A stretch of DNA of 64,000 nt from Dehalococcoidia bacterium (GTDB taxonomy: Bacteria > Chloroflexota > Dehalococcoidia > Lucifugimonadales > UBA3495), in contig JBJKVO010000015.1 of NCBI GenBank assembly GCA_045562555.1, positions 590,198 to 654,197 of the forward strand. Direction: 5' to 3'. The notes beneath the pieces were generated by a model. The model searched no databases, was not told the origin of the DNA, and worked only from the letters and a program-made list of their open reading frames with translations. Position numbers and translations under genes: made by a program. How positions within the stretch are numbered: position 1 is the stretch's first letter; every line of letters begins with the position of its first letter. Shown piece by piece: positions 46,201 through 56,991 of this stretch.

Positions 46201-46827
46201 ATGAGTATGGATTTAACACTTGATGGTAAAGGATTAATTCCCGCGATAGCTCAGGACAGTGAAAGTGGGGAAGTTCTTATGCTGGGTTATATGAATCCGG
46301 GCACTATAAAAAGGACAATGGAAGGTACACAAGTTTGGTTCTATAGTAGGAGCAGAGAAGATCTTTGGCATAAAGGTGAGGTCTCTGGAAACTACTTGAA
46401 TGTAGTGGAAATTTGGACTGATTGCGACACTGATACATTGTTATTGAAAGTTAAACCAGATGGGCCTACGTGCCATACTGGAGTGGTTTCTTGTTTTTTT
46501 AATAAAATTACTGCAGTCCCAACAGGGTATAAGAAAGTTACGCAAGATTCTGGAATATTAGACGATCTTTATGCAACTATACAAGAAAGAAAATCCTCTA
46601 TGCCGGAAGGGAGTTATACGACAGAATTGTTTAGAGATGGAATCGATAGAATAGCTCAAAAAGTAATAGAAGAAGCTGGAGAAACGGGGCTAGCAAGCTT
46701 GCGGGAAAATAGAGACAATGTGGTAAATGAAACTTCTGATTTGTTGTACCATCTTCTAGTTTTACTCTCTGAATATGGTATTGGCCTGAATGAAATTTGG
46801 AATAATTTAGCTGACAGGCAGAAATAG
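46201..46827 (+). CDS. hisIE: Bifunctional phosphoribosyl-AMP cyclohydrolase / phosphoribosyl-ATP pyrophosphatase
   Basis: LIPAIAQD...G.VLMLGYMN, W.YSRSR..LW.KG..SGN, CDTDTLLLKV, CHTG..SCF, then a MazG-like tail EE..E...A....D...V..E.SDLLYHLLVLL. Confidence 0.9.
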   Translation: MSMDLTLDGKGLIPAIAQDSESGEVLMLGYMNPGTIKRTMEGTQVWFYSRSREDLWHKGEVSGNYLNVVEIWTDCDTDTLLLKVKPDGPTCHTGVVSCFFNKITAVPTGYKKVTQDSGILDDLYATIQERKSSMPEGSYTTELFRDGIDRIAQKVIEEAGETGLASLRENRDNVVNETSDLLYHLLVLLSEYGIGLNEIWNNLADRQK

Positions 46828-46829
46828 GG

Positions 46830-47528
46830 CTACAATTCTATTGATTCATTTACCCGGCAGCTTGCATACCCCGATAAGGAGTAACGTATTAGGTCGTCAT
46901 TGCCAATCACTGACACCGAGTTACCTTTAACTATGCAGCCAGACTCGATTGAGATGCCATATATAATAGCGTGTGGATTATCTTTTAGTACTGTATCTAA
47001 CAATAAATTGTGAGTGTCTAGATGATTTACGTTCTCGTGATGGGGAATTATCCCCAGATTAGGTATCAAGCCTAGACCAGACGACCAGGTACCTTGTGGA
47101 GGATTTTTGAGTAATTCGCCCATAACCATCGCGCCGGCACTGGAGCCTGCTATCACCATTCCTTGTTCTGACCGAGTTATAATTTCTTGTAATAGTTTGC
47201 TATTCAACAGCGACTGGAATAAATGTTGCGGATTACCGCCTGGTAGATATAAAAGATCGCAGTCTGACAGTTGCCCCAAATTATTTTGGTTATTGGCTTC
47301 CTTGAGGTTTGTAACCATTATTCTGTTCGATGTATAGCCTAAAGTTTCGAAGTAACTAATCCCATTTTGAGCGGCTATGTCGGGGTGATGAACATTAGCA
47401 GTTGGCAATATTTGAATCGTTGGTTTGTCTTTGTTAATTACTTCTAGTATTTTGGTATCTGCATTTACACAATTTGCCGTGAATTCATTGCCTCCGAGTA
47501 ATGCTATGGTTTTTATTGGATTCAACAT
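46830..47528 (-). CDS. Peptidase S51 (dipeptidase E / cyanophycinase-like) family protein
   Basis: IALLGGNEF, LYLPGGNPQHL, IAGSSAGAMVMG nucleophile-elbow motif. Confidence 0.6.
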   Translation of the reverse strand: MLNPIKTIALLGGNEFTANCVNADTKILEVINKDKPTIQILPTANVHHPDIAAQNGISYFETLGYTSNRIMVTNLKEANNQNNLGQLSDCDLLYLPGGNPQHLFQSLLNSKLLQEIITRSEQGMVIAGSSAGAMVMGELLKNPPQGTWSSGLGLIPNLGIIPHHENVNHLDTHNLLLDTVLKDNPHAIIYGISIESGCIVKGNSVSVIGNDDLIRYSLSGYASCRVNESIEL

Positions 47529-47616
47529 AATTGCCTTTTTAGGTTTTTTTTTTGATAGTATACTAGGTACTGATTATTGTACTGCATTAATCTAAATTTG
47601 TTAGTTAGTTTTTTAA

Positions 47617-49293
47617 ATGCCTGTTAAATCGAATATAAAAGAGAAATTGCGAGACATTTTATTGGGATGCCTCCAGAGAGTAGCGGACAACAATAATATC
47701 CATTTGGATGGCATTGACTTCGTGGAAATAGATCGTCCTGCTAATTTTGAGCATGGAGACTATGCAACCAACCTTCCGCTAAGGATTACAAAACTATTTG
47801 GAAACAATCCAATGGCAATCGCAGATCAAATTATATCTGAATGGCCTGACACTGATTTTCTGTCAGAAATCTCTGTGGCCGCACCAGGTTTTATAAATTT
47901 TAAACTTGAAGACAAATGGGTACAGGCGGAAATAGGGCATATTATCGAGGATGGTACAAATTTTGGAGACAATCACTTAGATAATCTAGAAAAAGTGATG
48001 ATAGAGTTTGTAAGTGTTAATCCAACTGGCCCAGTACATGTTGGGCATGCTCGAGGAGCAGTTATAGGTAGTTCGTTAGCCAACATAATGAGTGCTGCTG
48101 GTTATGCTGTTACCAGAGAATATTATATCAACGATGCTGGTAATCAGATGCAGTTGTTCTTTGAATCTGTGCTTGCCAGATATCATGAGTTATTAGGTTC
48201 TTCTTATCAGTTGCCTGAAGGCGGATATCAAGGAGACTACATAAAAGATGTAGCTGAATTGTTGCATGCGGAATTCGGAGAATCACTGATTGGAAACTCT
48301 GATGCTATTAATGAAATGGCTAAATTTAGTACCGATACGATGCTCAATGCGATATCTGAAGATTTATTCGAATTACAAGTTGAATTTGATAATTGGTTCA
48401 GTGAAAAATCATTATTTGGGAGTGATGAATACAGAGATACTATCGGCGAATTAGAATCAAAAAATTATTTAAAAGAAATGGATAATGCTCTGTGGTTTGT
48501 ATCAACCATTCTGGAAGAAGAGAAAGATAATGTGATTGTTAAATCAACGGGAGAACCTACATATTTTGCTTCAGATATTGCCTATCATAGGAATAAATTT
48601 AAGACTAGAGAATTTGACCAAGTGATTGATATCTGGGGAGCTGACCACCAAGGGCACATATCTAGGTTGAAGGCCGCTATGCGGGCCCTGGATATAGATG
48701 ATTCAAAATTGAAAATTTTGATTTCACAGATGGTCACATTGAAAAAGGGAGAAGAGGTTGTTAGGGCTTCTAAAAGGACTGGAGATTTTATTACAGTAAA
48801 GGAACTCGTAGATGAAGTAGGCGCAGATGCGTGCAGGTATTTTTTCCTGGCACGTAGTGCTTCTTCTCAAATGGAATTCGACATGGAACTTGCTAAGAAA
48901 ACGTCTAACGAGAATCCTGTTTTTTACATTCAGTATGCTCATGCCAGGATACAAAACATATTGGCTTTGGCCACAGAAAATCAGATTGATTGGGAACAGG
49001 CTGATTTGGCTTTACTGAATAATATTCACGAATTGAATCTGATTAAGGCTTTATTACGATTACCTGAAGTGATTCATCAAGTGGCTGATAGTTTGGAACC
49101 ACATCACATGCCTCATTATGCTTTAGAGTTAGCATCGTATGCGCATGCTTTTTATGAGCATTGTCGAGTGATATCTTCAGATCCTAATGACGAAGCAATA
49201 ACAAAATCGCGATTAAGATTAATCCAAGCAGCGCAAGTTGTATTTGGAAAATGTTTAAACCTCATGGGTATGAACGCGCCTGACCGTATGTAA
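47617..49293 (+). CDS. argS: Arginyl-tRNA synthetase
   Basis: EFVSVNPTGPVHVGHARG (HIGH region), YINDAGNQ, WGADHQGH, MSTR-like region (RASKRTG) and DALR anticodon-binding tail ending NAPDRM. Confidence 0.9.
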   Translation: MPVKSNIKEKLRDILLGCLQRVADNNNIHLDGIDFVEIDRPANFEHGDYATNLPLRITKLFGNNPMAIADQIISEWPDTDFLSEISVAAPGFINFKLEDKWVQAEIGHIIEDGTNFGDNHLDNLEKVMIEFVSVNPTGPVHVGHARGAVIGSSLANIMSAAGYAVTREYYINDAGNQMQLFFESVLARYHELLGSSYQLPEGGYQGDYIKDVAELLHAEFGESLIGNSDAINEMAKFSTDTMLNAISEDLFELQVEFDNWFSEKSLFGSDEYRDTIGELESKNYLKEMDNALWFVSTILEEEKDNVIVKSTGEPTYFASDIAYHRNKFKTREFDQVIDIWGADHQGHISRLKAAMRALDIDDSKLKILISQMVTLKKGEEVVRASKRTGDFITVKELVDEVGADACRYFFLARSASSQMEFDMELAKKTSNENPVFYIQYAHARIQNILALATENQIDWEQADLALLNNIHELNLIKALLRLPEVIHQVADSLEPHHMPHYALELASYAHAFYEHCRVISSDPNDEAITKSRLRLIQAAQVVFGKCLNLMGMNAPDRM

Positions 49294-49383
49294 TTATTGT
49301 TCTTGGCTGTATACTGTATACTTGTCAAATATCGACCCTGCGACTCGACCGTTGAGAAATTCTAAGTCTTAAAGAAGCTAAAT

Positions 49384-51162
49384 TTGGTTATTTTATTACG
49401 TATATTAAGTATTGCTCTAGAAAATAAATGGCGACTTGTTGCCGGTTACGTATCGATGATATTTTCTGTTCTAGCTACTTTAGCTATACCGACTATATTA
49501 GGCCTAGCAGTAGACGAAATGCTTTCAGATTTTGTAGATCGACAGACACTCGTCTGGATGGCAGTACTGCTATTTGTATTGTGTCTGCTTCGTGGTTTAT
49601 TTGATTATGGAAGAATATATTACACAGACACTTTGTCTCAAATGGTCACTTATAAATTACGGAACCTACTTTATGATAAATGGCAAAATTTGAGTTTTGC
49701 CTATCATGATAACGAACACACTGGAGATCTTATGTCCCGTGCCACAGCGGACATTGAATCTATGAGGAGATTCATAAACTTAGGTATGGTGAGATCACTC
49801 CATATTATATTTATGATAATAGTCGTCGCTATTTTGATGATGAGGATAGATTTGTTCTTGGCAATGGTGAGTTTGATTTTTGTTCCGATATTAATAATTC
49901 GTGCGACCACAATTATATATAAATTACGAATTTTATGGGCTAATGTTCAAGAAGTGACTGGTCAATTGATAACGATATTACAGGAGAATTTGTCAGGCAT
50001 ACCTGTAGTAAAAGCATTTGCGGCTGAAGAATATGAGAAAAGTAAATTTTCTAAGAAAGCTGAACAACTATCAGATATAACATTTGATTCTAATAAGTTA
50101 GAAGCAAGTAATAGTTCCACAACGACGTTTTTTTTCACGTTAGGCATTGGGATCATTCTGTATTTTGGGGGAAGTAAAGTAATCAATGGGACTCTTACAA
50201 TAGGTCAACTTACTGAGTTCATATTTCTTTTAAATATTTTAAATTTCCCAATACGTATGTCTGCTTGGATAATAAACAGCTACTCTAGAGCAATCCCTGC
50301 AGGTGAAAGAGTTTTTGAAGTGATTGACTCTCCATCCCCAGTTGTAGAGAGGCCGGATGCGGAAATCATGCAGCGTCCGTCAGGAGATGTTCACTTTGCA
50401 AACATTCAATTTGGTTACACTAAATCTGAGTATGTGTTGGATGGAATTGATCTGTCTGTTAAGTCTGGTCAAGTTACTGCAATTTTAGGTGCTCCCGGAA
50501 GTGGGAAAAGTACATTGGTGCATTTGGTATCAAGGTTTTACGATCCTAATTTAGGGTCTGTATTGATCGATGGGATCGATATTAATAACTACACTCTTGC
50601 TTCTTTGAGGAAAAATATAGGGATTGTAGCACAAGATATTTTTCTTTTTGCTGCCACTATCAGGCAAAATATATCTTACGGTATTGAAGGAGCTGATTTA
50701 GCCGATATTAGAGAAGTTTCTAAGATAGCCCAGCTAGATGAACACATTCAATCGCTTCCTGATGGATATGATACATGGGTAGGTGAACGAGGAGCTACAT
50801 TGTCTGGTGGGCAACGTCAAAGACTCGCTATTGCAAGAACTTTGCTAATGGATCCTCCTATTTTAGTACTAGATGATTCAACATCGAGTGTTGATGTTGA
50901 TACAGAGTTTCGTATAAGAAAAGCTATGCGGAATGTAATGAAGAATCGAACCACGTTTGTAATTGCTCATAGATTGAGTACGGTTAGGGATGCGGATTAT
51001 ATTATTGTAATGGACAAAGGCCGGATTATTGAAGAAGGAAATCATGAAACCTTGTATAGCTTAAATGGTGAATACAAAAATATTTATGATTATCAACATG
51101 ATTTTGAATCGGATGTGATTCTGGATGCAAACTTGAATTCTGTTTCCCCGGAGGAAGTGTGA
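49384..51162 (+). CDS. ABC exporter, fused permease/ATPase (heterodimer partner 1, MdlA-like)
   Basis: Six-TM domain, Walker A GAPGSGKST, LSGGQRQRLAIAR, ILVLDDSTS. TTG start. Confidence 0.85.
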   Translation: MVILLRILSIALENKWRLVAGYVSMIFSVLATLAIPTILGLAVDEMLSDFVDRQTLVWMAVLLFVLCLLRGLFDYGRIYYTDTLSQMVTYKLRNLLYDKWQNLSFAYHDNEHTGDLMSRATADIESMRRFINLGMVRSLHIIFMIIVVAILMMRIDLFLAMVSLIFVPILIIRATTIIYKLRILWANVQEVTGQLITILQENLSGIPVVKAFAAEEYEKSKFSKKAEQLSDITFDSNKLEASNSSTTTFFFTLGIGIILYFGGSKVINGTLTIGQLTEFIFLLNILNFPIRMSAWIINSYSRAIPAGERVFEVIDSPSPVVERPDAEIMQRPSGDVHFANIQFGYTKSEYVLDGIDLSVKSGQVTAILGAPGSGKSTLVHLVSRFYDPNLGSVLIDGIDINNYTLASLRKNIGIVAQDIFLFAATIRQNISYGIEGADLADIREVSKIAQLDEHIQSLPDGYDTWVGERGATLSGGQRQRLAIARTLLMDPPILVLDDSTSSVDVDTEFRIRKAMRNVMKNRTTFVIAHRLSTVRDADYIIVMDKGRIIEEGNHETLYSLNGEYKNIYDYQHDFESDVILDANLNSVSPEEV

Positions 51163-51163
51163 T

Positions 51164-53017
51164 ATGAGACAAGGAGGCATGGGATTTTCAGTCAGCGGTG
51201 CTCAGCAAAGAACAGGAGGGGGAGGCTCTCTTGTATCAAATTCTGAAGATGAGCTGGGGAAAGTTTATGATGGGCAAGTTGTTATAAGACTGTTTAGCTA
51301 TGTAGGGTTATACAAAGGATGGGCATTATTTAGCTTGGCAGCGGTCTTAGTGTACACAGCTGCAACAGTATGCATTCCTTTGATAGTCAAATGGGGAATA
51401 GACTCAAACATTCAACCGTTTATCGGTACAGGAACAACAAGCAATCTTGGATTGGTAATAGCGGTATTTGCAGTAACTAGCGTTGTGCATTATGTGTCTA
51501 ATTACTTGCAATTCGTTGGAATTTCTAAAGTTGGCCAAGGTATTTTATATTCGATGAGGACGCAACTATTTGATCATTTACAGTCATTATCTGCTGCCTT
51601 TTTTGCTAAAACAGAAGTCGGACGAATTATGTCCAGAGTGCAGAATGATATCTTGCAATTGCAAGAAACATTTTCTTTGTTGGTACTTACGTTAGCAGAT
51701 GTTCTAAGTTTAGTAGGGATTATTTCGATGATGATGGTTATGTCTTGGAAATTATCGTTATTAACATTTGCAGTACTGCCAATTTTGGTGTTGTTAATGG
51801 CTTTTTGGCAGAAATTTGCTAAAAGATCATTTATCAGAATTCGAACTGCAATAGCAATGGTCAATGGTGCATTGCAAGAGAACTTAGCTGGAGTGCGAGT
51901 AGTTCAAAGTTTTAATCGACAGTCTCTCAACCTGAATCGTTTTGATGGACTAAATAAAGAACATCTTAATGCAAATATACAAGCTTCAATGTATTCCGGT
52001 GGGGTTCAACCACTAGTTGAAGGCTTAACTGGGATATCTATGGGTTTTGTAATATTAGTCGGAGGTTGGTGGGTATATAACGGTACTTTGGAAGTAGGAG
52101 TATTAGTAGCATTTATTTTATTTATACAAAGGTTTTTTGACCCGATACGGAATTTAACTATGCAATATACTCAACTTCAAAGGTCAATGGCATCAGGTGT
52201 CAGAATATTCCAATTGCTGGACGTTCAGCCAGAAATACAAGATAAACCGGACGCTCAAGACATGCCTGTTATTAAGGGTGAAGTGAAATTTAAAGGGGTT
52301 AATTTCCACTATGTTGAAGGTATTCCTGTTTTGAAGAACGTGAATTGTGATATAGAAGCAGGTCAGACTATAGCTCTAGTAGGACCAACTGGAGCCGGTA
52401 AGAGCACTATTATTAATTTGATGTCAAGATTTTATGATGTTATAGATGGTTCAGTTGAAATTGATGGGATTAATATTAAGGATGTAAAACGAGAGTCTTT
52501 GGTAACTCAGATGAGTATGGTATTGCAACAGCCGTATTTGATTTCAGATACTGTTTGGGAAAATATACGATATTGTCACCAAGATGTAACAGATGAATCT
52601 GTAATGGAATCCGCTAAATTAGTAGGTATCCATGATTTTATTATGAGTTTAGAGCATGGCTACGACACAGTCTTGTATGAGAGGGGATCAAACCTAAGTA
52701 TAGGGCAAAGGCAATTGATATCCTTTGCCAGAGCAATTGCTGCAAATCCCCGTATACTCGTGTTAGATGAAGCTACGTCAAATGTGGATACATATTCTGA
52801 CATAATGATTCAACAAGCTTTGAAAAAAGTTCTTAAAGATAGGACTGCATTTGTCATTGCACATAGATTATCTACAATACGAAACGTGGATAATATTTTT
52901 GTAATAAATGATGGTTCTATTATTGAGTCTGGCACCCATGAAGAATTGATCAGATCGAGAGGTTTTTATTTTAACCTCAACAAGATCAATGCTTCATTAC
53001 AAAGTGATTCTACTTAA
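51164..53017 (+). CDS. ABC exporter, fused permease/ATPase (heterodimer partner 2, MdlB-like)
   Basis: Six-TM domain, GPTGAGKST, LSIGQRQLISFARA, ILVLDEATS. The start lies 1 nt after the partner's stop. Confidence 0.85.
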   Translation: MRQGGMGFSVSGAQQRTGGGGSLVSNSEDELGKVYDGQVVIRLFSYVGLYKGWALFSLAAVLVYTAATVCIPLIVKWGIDSNIQPFIGTGTTSNLGLVIAVFAVTSVVHYVSNYLQFVGISKVGQGILYSMRTQLFDHLQSLSAAFFAKTEVGRIMSRVQNDILQLQETFSLLVLTLADVLSLVGIISMMMVMSWKLSLLTFAVLPILVLLMAFWQKFAKRSFIRIRTAIAMVNGALQENLAGVRVVQSFNRQSLNLNRFDGLNKEHLNANIQASMYSGGVQPLVEGLTGISMGFVILVGGWWVYNGTLEVGVLVAFILFIQRFFDPIRNLTMQYTQLQRSMASGVRIFQLLDVQPEIQDKPDAQDMPVIKGEVKFKGVNFHYVEGIPVLKNVNCDIEAGQTIALVGPTGAGKSTIINLMSRFYDVIDGSVEIDGINIKDVKRESLVTQMSMVLQQPYLISDTVWENIRYCHQDVTDESVMESAKLVGIHDFIMSLEHGYDTVLYERGSNLSIGQRQLISFARAIAANPRILVLDEATSNVDTYSDIMIQQALKKVLKDRTAFVIAHRLSTIRNVDNIFVINDGSIIESGTHEELIRSRGFYFNLNKINASLQSDST

Positions 53018-53946
53018 TCTTCGTTAGCCCAGGATTTTATAAGATGATGTGCAATAGCTAACGGGGCGGGAAGATTAAGTTCAGGATTATTTCCTTTGAG
53101 AGCAAGTTTCACGTCCTCTTTGGTGAACCATTTAACGGATATCATTTCTTCGTCATCGATGTGGATATCGGTGGTCTTCGCTTCTGCGTGACAACCAATC
53201 ATTAGAGTGTTTGGAAAAGGCCACGGTTGAGATGAATGGTAGCTCACATTCTTGACCTCCAATCCAGCTTCTTCCATTACCTCTCGCGCTACAGCTTCTT
53301 CTATAGATTCACCCTGATCCATAAAGCCAGCAAGTGCAGAATAAGTATTGGTCTGTGAGAGTCTCCCCCGGGATTGTCCTAATAAACATCTGTTTTTATC
53401 TGTTACAACCATGATTATGACAGGGTCGGTTCTAGGGAATGTTTCATTCTTGCAGGATGAACACCTCAAAACCTGCCCACCCCGAAATATGTTGTTTGGC
53501 TTCCCGCATACGGAGCAGAATTTATTCTTCTGGTGCCAATTAATTTGGATACGTGCTTGAGCTATGATGCCAGTGCTTTCGGGCGCCACTAGACCAGCAC
53601 ACGTGCGAGCGTCGAGGAATTCATATCTGGCATCAGTGCATATAAAAGTGGCGCTTTCTTCAGAAATAGATATAGCAAAATGTGTAATATCATATTGGAT
53701 CCCTAGTAATACTGGTCTTTCTTGATATGTTAGGTTTTTAATTTCATCTTGAGATAGCCATGCTATGGATTTGGCCCCATCGTTCTCTTCGACCAATATG
53801 TTGAGGTCATGCAATACCATGAATTTGCTTTTGGCATTGTGTTCTTGGTCAGATATCCATTGTTCGTCTCGTCGCTCGGTTTCACCGCGATTTAATGGAT
53901 TTTGCGAGAAAGTATGTTGGAATTTTGATATTGATTCTGTATTCAT
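53014..53946 (-). CDS. nudC: NAD+ diphosphatase (NADH pyrophosphatase), Nudix family with zinc ribbon
   Basis: CSVCGKP......LRCSSC ribbon, Nudix box GFMDQGESIEEAVAREVMEEAGL, SQPWPFP motif. Confidence 0.8.
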   Translation of the reverse strand: MNTESISKFQHTFSQNPLNRGETERRDEQWISDQEHNAKSKFMVLHDLNILVEENDGAKSIAWLSQDEIKNLTYQERPVLLGIQYDITHFAISISEESATFICTDARYEFLDARTCAGLVAPESTGIIAQARIQINWHQKNKFCSVCGKPNNIFRGGQVLRCSSCKNETFPRTDPVIIMVVTDKNRCLLGQSRGRLSQTNTYSALAGFMDQGESIEEAVAREVMEEAGLEVKNVSYHSSQPWPFPNTLMIGCHAEAKTTDIHIDDEEMISVKWFTKEDVKLALKGNNPELNLPAPLAIAHHLIKSWANED

Positions 53947-54018
53947 AATTATTAACGGACCTGCAAGTTTACGAGTACCTTACTGGAAATCATTACTCAT
54001 TTCAATGTCTGGTTTTAA

Positions 54019-55260
54019 TTATTTGTGAGTTTGTACTGGTCGTCTAGTCAATGGAGATAGTACAAATAGTAGTGCGAGTAATGTGATCCCTAATGTGCCG
54101 TTGATACCGACCGCGTTTGTAGCTCCAAAATGATTGCTCCAAAATCCAACTATGAGTCCTCCCATAGAGCAAGTACCTATACATTGTCCTAAAGTCCCTA
54201 GTACAGAACCACGATGCTTTAAATCTGCTTCGATCACTATAATTGAGGTTTGCATCGAACTGAACAGTGAATTCCCTAGGCCTCCTAAAAATAAACACAA
54301 ATAAGACAGTGCATATAAGTCTGACAAAGAAAATAGCAAAGCCGCTAGTAATTGAATAAAAATTCCGGTGATGAATAGTCTCCCTTGATATTGGATATTT
54401 CCAATTGTGGTGAGTACCAGAGCTCCAATCAGTGTACCTAACCCTAATGCTGAGATGAGCAATCCGGTAAAGAAAGGTCCGGCATTGAGGTGTTCTTCTG
54501 CTATTACCGGATAAATACCTTCCGAACTAAATGCTAGTCCATTATATATTATACTTCCAATAAACACTCCTAAGATCATCCGGTTACCAAAGCCTGCTTT
54601 GAATCCAATAATAACGGATTCTTTTATGTCTTTAACTTTTATTCGAGTGACAGTATATTCAAATTTGAATAATGATATAAACGCTAAAGAAGTTGCATAA
54701 AAAATTAGGACTAAAATGATCGCTCCTGTGTACCCAAGCGTTGCAATTAAAGTTCCAGCAAACAATGGCCCAGCAATTTTCCCAAACGTATTAGTAATGA
54801 TCTCCAGTGACATTGCTGTTGACATGTTTTCTGATTTAGCAACGTCGTGTATTGAAGTCCGCCTTGCTGCAAAGTCCATCGTATAGCATAGACCTAGTCC
54901 AAACGATAATATTTGCAGATGCCATATTTCAATGCTTTTTGAGAACAACAATATTAATATCACTATTGTTATTAATACACTTGCAGCTCGGGTGATCATC
55001 ATCAAGTATTTTCTATTTAAATGATCGGATAAAAATCCTGAAATAGGTGCCATTAGCATCATTGGTACCCATCGTAGTACGAATATACTGGCTACGTTGA
55101 ATGTTGATCCTGATATATCAAATACCAATAGAGCTAGTATTAGAGCATCACCCCAGCGACAAATATTATCAAAGCAGCCGGATAACCACAGAAATCTGAA
55201 ATTTGGCATGCTTAGTAATGTGCGTATTGGGCTGTCGTTTGTGTTTGTTTGTGAACTCAT
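54019..55260 (-). CDS. MFS transporter
   Basis: 12 TM segments and a GFLSDHLNRK loop motif. Confidence 0.7.
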   Translation of the reverse strand: MSSQTNTNDSPIRTLLSMPNFRFLWLSGCFDNICRWGDALILALLVFDISGSTFNVASIFVLRWVPMMLMAPISGFLSDHLNRKYLMMITRAASVLITIVILILLFSKSIEIWHLQILSFGLGLCYTMDFAARRTSIHDVAKSENMSTAMSLEIITNTFGKIAGPLFAGTLIATLGYTGAIILVLIFYATSLAFISLFKFEYTVTRIKVKDIKESVIIGFKAGFGNRMILGVFIGSIIYNGLAFSSEGIYPVIAEEHLNAGPFFTGLLISALGLGTLIGALVLTTIGNIQYQGRLFITGIFIQLLAALLFSLSDLYALSYLCLFLGGLGNSLFSSMQTSIIVIEADLKHRGSVLGTLGQCIGTCSMGGLIVGFWSNHFGATNAVGINGTLGITLLALLFVLSPLTRRPVQTHK

Positions 55261-55355
55261 ATCGTATACAGGTGGATTATCTTATCATAATAAGTAGATT
55301 TCTATGGTGGGACTCAAACTTATTAGTAGTGTAATATTATTTAACGATTTTAATT

Positions 55356-55682
55356 TTGGAGTATATTCAGTTAATGTTAGAACACAAAGGCTTTCGCTGG
55401 GGTTATGTATTTTTGACTGCTGCTACTCATATATCACCGGACGATGTCCATAATTTAATGAAGCAGGCTGTTGAAATGTTCCTGAGTGAAGAGTATTCGA
55501 GGGATGTTCAAGGTGATTCTTTTGAAGGTCAACTGTATACTCAAAAAAAATACGAGTTGCTAGGTGAGATCGGAGGCCAGCGTTTTGATGCGGACTTAGA
55601 AACTGAGTCAGGAAGGGACAGAACTTCATTTTTAGTGAGTGAGCAAACTCAAGGAATAGGTTCTTCTATTTCCATGAATTAA
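55356..55682 (+). CDS. Hypothetical protein (108 aa)
   Basis: ORF only, TTG start, no recognisable motif. Confidence 0.3.
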   Translation: MEYIQLMLEHKGFRWGYVFLTAATHISPDDVHNLMKQAVEMFLSEEYSRDVQGDSFEGQLYTQKKYELLGEIGGQRFDADLETESGRDRTSFLVSEQTQGIGSSISMN

Positions 55683-55685
55683 TAA

Positions 55686-56483
55686 TTAATTCATAAAATA
55701 TCCACCACTAACATTAATCGATTGCCCAGTGATATTTATAGAATAATCCGACGCTAAGAAACATGCCAAATTACCTATGTCTTCTGGTATTTGAGGTCTA
55801 TTTAAAGGGATTTTTTCTTCTACATAATTCAAAAATAGTTGCTTTGGATCTAGTTCTTCCAAATTAGGTGACATAGACCTCCGGTTTCCAATACGCTCCC
55901 AAATCGGAGTCCATAGCAAACCAGGACATATTGCATTGACGTTAATATTGTGTTTTGCGAGTTGCATTGCATGTGATTGTGTTAAGTTAATAACACTGGC
56001 TTTGGAAACATTGTATGGAGGATTCCGTTCACTGCCTTGTCTTCCTGCTATTGATGCAATATTTATTATCTTACCGTATCTATTATTAATCATTGAGACT
56101 TGAACAGCCTCTGTCATTTTTACTATTCCTTTAACGTTGACTTCGAATATTAGATCCCAGTCGTTTTCATTTGGAACTTCCCTACTCTCCCATCCAGGAG
56201 AACCGACTGTTCCTGCATTGTTTATCAGTATATCTATGTGTTTGAATTCTTTTAAAACATAAGTCACACACTGGTTTACCGATTCGATATCTGTAACATC
56301 TAAAGTAATCGGACTAGACTTTAATCCAAGAGATGTTAATTTTGTAGATACGTTTTCTGCATTGCTGAGATTAATATCCGCAATTATTGCATGGGCTCCA
56401 TTTTTTGATAAAGTGGTTGCAATGCCTTCTCCTATACCGCTAGCAGCTCCTGTAATAAGAGCAACCTTGTTTGTAACGTCCAT
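55686..56483 (-). CDS. Short-chain dehydrogenase/reductase (classical SDR)
   Basis: TGAASGIGEGIA, NNAG, YNVSKAS (YxxxK), PG..WTP. Confidence 0.85.
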   Translation of the reverse strand: MDVTNKVALITGAASGIGEGIATTLSKNGAHAIIADINLSNAENVSTKLTSLGLKSSPITLDVTDIESVNQCVTYVLKEFKHIDILINNAGTVGSPGWESREVPNENDWDLIFEVNVKGIVKMTEAVQVSMINNRYGKIINIASIAGRQGSERNPPYNVSKASVINLTQSHAMQLAKHNINVNAICPGLLWTPIWERIGNRRSMSPNLEELDPKQLFLNYVEEKIPLNRPQIPEDIGNLACFLASDYSINITGQSINVSGGYFMN

Positions 56484-56620
56484 CGTGTACCCCCTTTAGC
56501 CAATCTGGAATGATTATAAATGAATTGTATTTCCGTGGAAAATATATCCAAATACTAATTTATGGATACTAATTAACATGTATGTTATATTTTTGGCACC
56601 CGGTCTATTTTACATAAAGT

Positions 56621-56956
56621 ATGGAGAATATAATGTATTTAATCAGAAGAATTTATAAAACCAAGCCTGGACAAGCTAGGAAAGTCGCATCTTTGGTACA
56701 TAAACAGGCAACTATCTATAGAGATGCTGGACATCGGCCAGAGTTTCGTATTTCCTTCAATGGATATACCTTGCCCGGTGAAAATGATACAGTTTTTTTA
56801 GAATGGGTAGCCGATAAAATTGAATCACCCATGAGAGATGGAAATAACATTCCACCAGAAGCTATGACTGTAGGTGCTCAAGTAAGAGAATTGATAGAAT
56901 CCCAGCGAATTGAATTTATGGAATACTTGAGTGATGACAAAATACTTAAAGACTAA
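56621..56956 (+). CDS. Hypothetical small protein (possibly an alpha+beta barrel); likely start at 56633
   Basis: ORF with MYLIRRIYKTKPGQARKV... between two SDR genes. No family recognised. Confidence 0.35.
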   Translation: MENIMYLIRRIYKTKPGQARKVASLVHKQATIYRDAGHRPEFRISFNGYTLPGENDTVFLEWVADKIESPMRDGNNIPPEAMTVGAQVRELIESQRIEFMEYLSDDKILKD

Positions 56957-56991
56957 TTAATATTAAGGAGTAATGTAGAGGAGGTATCCAC